A stretch of DNA of 63,816 nt, filler included, from Elsinoe ampelina (lineage: Eukaryota): assembly GCA_010093995.1 (NCBI GenBank). It is 32 parts of 32 records of this genome, joined end to end, with 100 filler letters (N's around TTAATTAATTAA, not from the genome) between each part and the next. Parts side by side here need not be neighbours in the genome. Positions count along the whole stretch, not along the records: positions 62,483 to 63,816 come from ML992649.1; 31 more parts are not named here. One strand, 5' to 3'. Numbering within the stretch: position 1 is the stretch's first letter; each line of letters opens with the position of its first letter. Below the pieces are notes generated by a model. That model was not told where the DNA came from. It saw nothing but the letters and a program-made list of their open reading frames with translations, and did not search any database. This document shows positions 62,483-63,816 of this stretch, piece by piece. The position numbers and the translations under genes are program-made.

Positions 62483-63816
62483 CTCTCTCTCTAATTTAGA
62501 GTAGTTATTATTACTATAGCTTAGTACTATAGTAATATTGTCTAGTTAATTTATATTAGTCCTTAATAACAATTTAAGTAAATCGTTAGCATTAGTAGCC
62601 TTATCTTCTGTCTTTAGTTCTATATTAATCTATTCTAATAGTAAGGCTACTTTAAGCTTATACTTTAATATTATAAGCTACTAAATAGTTTAGGCTACTA
62701 ATTTATACCTCTATACACTAATAATATTCTTTATAATATTAAACACTTACTTAACTCTAACTTCTATAATTAAAATTACTAGAATATCTTTTGCTATATG
62801 TAATAGTAATAGATATTCTTCCTTCTTCTCTTTTTACTACTATAAGATATTAAGTTTCTAAATATAGACTAGTAGTGTTATAAGGTAGTTCTTATCTTCT
62901 TTAACTATAGTATACTTCGAGGGAATAAATAAGAAGTATAGACTATTACTTTATAGTAATAGGGCATAACCTTACTCTTTTTATTTTAGTTAGTTAAACT
63001 AGTCTTGTTACTAGTAATATAATAGCTTAGAGGTAGAGGCTAGTAAAGTAATTAAGGGGTCTATCTTATTATACTAACGAAGGTACTATAAGAACTTCTT
63101 ATAATAGTTGTCTTTATAGTAAGGTTCCTAAGTCTCTATATTCTAAGTGTTATTAGCTACTACTTACTAGAAAGACTATAGACACTTACATTATATACTA
63201 TAAGCTTCTTAGAGGGGTTAAGAATTGTTATATAGTTATAGAGTATACCCTTCCTGTCTTTAGTTTATATATAGTATTTCTTAAGCTTCTCTTGTCTCTT
63301 TACTACTACCTTTTATATAGTAGCTAGCTATATAGGTAGATTGTTATAATCCTTAGTGCTAATTAGGCCCTTTTCGATTTTATCTAAGAAGTTAAAGAGT
63401 ATATTATATATTATCTATATATACTAGAGAAAAGGTTAGCTACTAGTACTTAGCTATATTATTACTTTCTTAAAGTTCTCTAGTATTACTATAATAGATT
63501 TAAGATGCTACGACTTATTTAGATTAAGTAATAACTTAGTAAAGTTATAGTTATTAACGTTAGAGAGTAGTTTAGATATTAATACTTTAGAAGAAGTCCT
63601 TAGTACTTAGAGTATAGTCTTATTCTCGAGCTAATCCTTAATAAAAGGTTTAAGCTTTAATACTTACTTATATATATTATATATCGAATTCTAGTATATC
63701 TTAATATTATATATAACTTAGTACCTCTTCTTAGGTAGTAGATACTTCTAGAGGTCTATAAATTGTTTAAACTATTATAGAGAACTATTAATTATAATAT
63801 ATATTATATAGAGCTT
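62483..63816 (-). mobile_element. hAT-superfamily transposase, heavily RIP-mutated
   Basis: De-RIP ETRWNSTYDM at ~63672-63702, KLKKYY...ATILDP at ~63210-63290, and the hAT dimerization motif WW...YP.L..MAKDILAI....VGVERVF at ~62740-62845. Confidence 0.8.

Overview
This window is not a contiguous locus. It is about 32 short unplaced fungal (Pezizomycotina-type) contigs, sorted by decreasing length and joined by an artificial 100-nt linker (N44-TTAATTAATTAA-N44). Most contigs are AT-rich transposon relics destroyed by repeat-induced point mutation (RIP; CpA>TpA, TpG>TpA). They comprise at least four Ty3/gypsy families (my labels A, B, C, F; chromodomains seen in A, B and F), Ty1/copia elements, pogo/Fot1 elements, a DD34E Tc1/IS630-type transposase and a hAT transposase, with many nested insertions. 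Three GC-balanced contigs carry host genes: an F-box protein, a spliced C2H2 transcription factor divergent from an MDR/Yim1-like oxidoreductase, a tannase/feruloyl esterase pseudogene and a secreted carboxylesterase. Two overlapping contigs encode an intact, strongly CpG-depleted telomere-linked RecQ helicase (TLH), and a RIP-mutated sibling of it runs directly into a (TTAGGG)n telomere. Two observations stand out. First, the TLH N-terminal half has a tyrosine-recombinase-like R/K/R/H/Y motif set fused to the helicase. Second, two different gypsy families each carry an antisense six-cysteine (Zn2Cys6-like) gene between pol and the 3' LTR, and one of these is spliced. Translations of RIP-mutated regions are manual back-mutations, so they are inferences.
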